Origin: Terriglobales bacterium
GTDB taxonomy: Bacteria; Acidobacteriota; Terriglobia; Bryobacterales; Bryobacteraceae
Direction of reading: 5' to 3'
DNA: 64,000 nucleotides
Assembly (NCBI GenBank): GCA_021372245.1
Contig: JAJFUV010000251.1
Coordinates: 14,799 to 78,798, forward strand
Part shown: positions 63,798-64,000 of the stretch, in pieces
How positions within the stretch are numbered: the first letter of the stretch is position 1
How the letters are laid out: the number at the start of each line of letters is the position of its first letter
Notes under the pieces: generated by a model
What the model was told of the DNA's origin: nothing
The model's database searches: none
Seen by the model: the letters and a program-made list of their open reading frames with translations, nothing else
Made by a program: the position numbers and the translations under genes

Positions 63798-64000
63798 ATG
63801 CTGATTACGCGGCGGGTGGAATTCTCGGCTTCACATTGTTGCGCGCAGGCCTCGCTCAGCGAGGCGGAGAACCGCGCGCTATACGGCGAGGAAGCCAATC
63901 CGCGAGGCCATGGGCACAACTATGCGGTTGAAGTGACGCTCGAGGGTGAGCCGGACGCAGTGACCGGCATGGTTTACGACCTCAAGCAGCTAAAGCAGGT
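63798..64000 (+). CDS. queD: 6-carboxy-5,6,7,8-tetrahydropterin synthase / 6-pyruvoyl-tetrahydropterin synthase family (5' part, runs off the right edge)
   Basis: My own translation from ATG 63798: MLITRRVEFSASHCC...NRALYGEEANPRGHGHNYAVEVTLEGEPDAVTGMVYDLKQLKQ. This carries the GHGHNY signature. It is not in the ORF track because it is truncated by the window edge. Confidence 0.8.
   Translation, partial: MLITRRVEFSASHCCAQASLSEAENRALYGEEANPRGHGHNYAVEVTLEGEPDAVTGMVYDLKQLKQ

Overview
GC-rich bacterial chromosomal segment with strong GC3 bias and many shadow ORFs on the opposite strand. Genes are tightly packed and often translationally coupled by ATGA start/stop overlaps. The protein repertoire (CarboxypepD_reg, FG-GAP/VCBS, DUF4097, HEAT-repeat anti-sigma factor, Tol-Pal, L/P-ring flagellum) suggests a diderm, possibly Acidobacteriota (Solibacter/Bryobacter-like). 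That assignment is inference only. I support about 63 protein-coding genes. I found no rRNA, tRNA, CRISPR array, transposase or integrase. Left third: NUDIX, mutS2, a PurF-like/GuaA-C-like divergent pair, gltX-glnS, a carbamoyltransferase, recN, a complete Tol-Pal cluster (tolQRAB-pal-cpoB), an aroD-aroE fusion and an amidase/hydrolase block. Middle: an NtrC-type two-component pair, rpsA, a four-gene ECF sigma module and a two-armed flagellar regulon. The minus arm is fliK-flgD-flgE-fliN-fliOPQR-flhBA-flhF-fliA-fliY-like-DUF2802-like. The plus arm is flgFGAHIJM, followed by a separate flaG-fliS unit. Right third: an FG-GAP protein, an orphan nuoB, malQ, then a BMC-H shell gene, an AdhE-type acylating aldehyde dehydrogenase with an unusual C-terminal tail and a coupled unknown protein, then recJ, DJ-1/PfpI, glcD-like, TlpA-like and the start of queD. 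Best hunt candidates, in order: (1) the minimal or satellite microcompartment module; (2) the glutaminase-dead PurF paralogue facing a stand-alone GMP-synthase ATP-PPase; (3) a small Tat-signal-like peptide coupled to a signal-less amidase; (4) a near-consensus sigma-28 promoter plus a CsrA-type GGA hairpin in the flaG leader. All family calls come from motifs read by eye, not database searches. Start codons are the least certain coordinates.
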